Origin: Nitrososphaerota archaeon | GTDB taxonomy: Archaea; Thermoproteota; Nitrososphaeria; Nitrososphaerales; UBA57 | Length of the DNA: 7,008 bases | Direction: 5' to 3' | Assembly: GCA_002713205.1 (NCBI GenBank) | Contig: PAVW01000002.1 | Span: forward strand, 1 to 7,008 | Shown here: positions 6,447-7,008 of the stretch, piece by piece | Position numbering within the stretch: position 1 is the stretch's first letter | Layout of the letters: every line of letters begins with the position of its first letter | The notes under the pieces: model-generated | Seen by the model: only the letters and a program-made list of their open reading frames with translations | Database searches by the model: none | Told to the model about the DNA's origin: nothing | Program-made: the position numbers and the translations under genes

Positions 6447-6463
6447 TATTTTAAAATTTTTTT
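6436..6463. terminator. Possible shared terminator between convergent genes (weak AT-only hairpin plus T7 run)
   Basis: TTAAAAT (6436-6442) and ATTTTAA (6448-6454) form a 7-bp inverted repeat around a 5-nt loop (TTAAT). A T7 run follows at 6457-6463 on the + strand. The stem is all A-T and overlaps both stop codons, so its stability is low. The oligo-T run alone could act as an archaeal-type terminator. Confidence 0.2.
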
Positions 6464-7008
6464 ATTAGATAAAAAGTGGTTTTTGCTGTTGTGGCAATAA
6501 CTAAACTCCATGCTACTCCAGTTATTCCAAACCAACTTCCTAAAACAATCATTCCTATAGTTAGAAAAACTAACGAGATGCCAGTACCGATAATTACAAT
6601 TTTACTTTTCTCTTTCCCTAAAAACTGTGCTTCGAGAATTAATGCAATACTACCAGGTATTACTACTAAACTCATTATCTTAATTGCATCAATAGCTTCG
6701 ATGAATTTAGGAAAGAAGTTTTCAACTAACATTGGCGCAATAAATATACCTAAAATAGATATGAAAATTGAAAAAATTATAAGAAAAATCTTCACTTGTT
6801 TGTTGCTAGTTCCTGTTGATTCTTCAGGAAGTAAATATTTGTAAAGAATACTTGGAAATATCATCATTACATTAATTATTTGAAGAGCAAGACTGTAATT
6901 GCCTAAAATCGCAAAACCTAGAAGTGGTGCTACAATAATTTTATCAACTTGGCCTCCTCCAATTGCACCCGTTAAGATGAATGTAAAATAATTATTTGTG
7001 ATAAATCC
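6451..7008 (-). CDS. Polysaccharide/oligosaccharide flippase, Wzx-like (MOP superfamily), C-terminal part; 5' end lies beyond the window
   Basis: The stop TAA is the reverse complement of 6451-6453. The track lists only 6451-6867 from an internal Met. My hand translation of the reverse complement of 6868-7008 in the same frame has no stop (GFITNNYFTFILTGAIGGGQVDKIIVAPLLGFAILGNYSLALQIINV-MMIFPSILYKYLLPE...). The protein is a series of hydrophobic helices, and the G.Y..A..I......P pattern is typical of Polysacc_synt family flippases. Confidence 0.75.
   Translation of the reverse strand, partial: GFITNNYFTFILTGAIGGGQVDKIIVAPLLGFAILGNYSLALQIINVMMIFPSILYKYLLPEESTGTSNKQVKIFLIIFSIFISILGIFIAPMLVENFFPKFIEAIDAIKIMSLVVIPGSIALILEAQFLGKEKSKIVIIGTGISLVFLTIGMIVLGSWFGITGVAWSLVIATTAKTTFYLIKKF

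Noticed and set aside
6476-6844. 122-aa + strand ORF opposite the flippase gene
   Set aside because: The - strand frame gives a continuous multi-helix membrane protein with flippase-like motifs that stays open to the window edge. The + strand ORF is its mirror and would have to start 30 nt after the neuC stop with no start signal.
1-7008. Search for CRISPR repeats, tRNA/rRNA, transposase/integrase genes, terminal inverted repeats or toxin-antitoxin/defence-like small gene pairs
   Set aside because: None seen. Coding density is near 100%, every long ORF has a glycan-biosynthesis identity, and there are no spaced direct repeats or structured-RNA-like GC-rich islands in this AT-rich window.

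Overview
Low-GC (about 30% by eye), tightly packed coding window with Lys/Ile/Asn-rich proteins. Six co-directional + strand genes form what looks like one glycan-precursor operon built around a nonulosonic acid (NulO, sialic-acid-like) core. In order they are: (1) a B12-binding-domain radical SAM enzyme, (2) a NodB/CE4-type polysaccharide deacetylase, (3) a formyltransferase-fold enzyme, (4) an SpsF/NeuA-type cytidylyltransferase, (5) a NeuB-type NulO synthase with a SAF domain, and (6) a NeuC-type hydrolysing UDP-GlcNAc 2-epimerase. Genes 1-4 are chained by overlapping stop/start codons, as are genes 5-6. The only non-coding gap on that strand is 4226-4267. Convergent on the - strand, 4 nt from the neuC stop, is the 3' part of a Wzx-like (MOP family) polysaccharide flippase; its frame stays open to the window edge at 7008, further than the ORF track shows. 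I found no rRNA, tRNA, CRISPR array, transposase or long repeat. The most interesting feature is the radical SAM + deacetylase + formyltransferase triad coupled to the NulO core. None of these three enzyme classes belongs to the canonical Neu5Ac, legionaminic or pseudaminic acid pathways, so the cluster may make an unusually tailored NulO (N-formyl or free amine, possibly methylated). All functional calls rest on motif-level recognition of the translated ORFs; no database search was possible.
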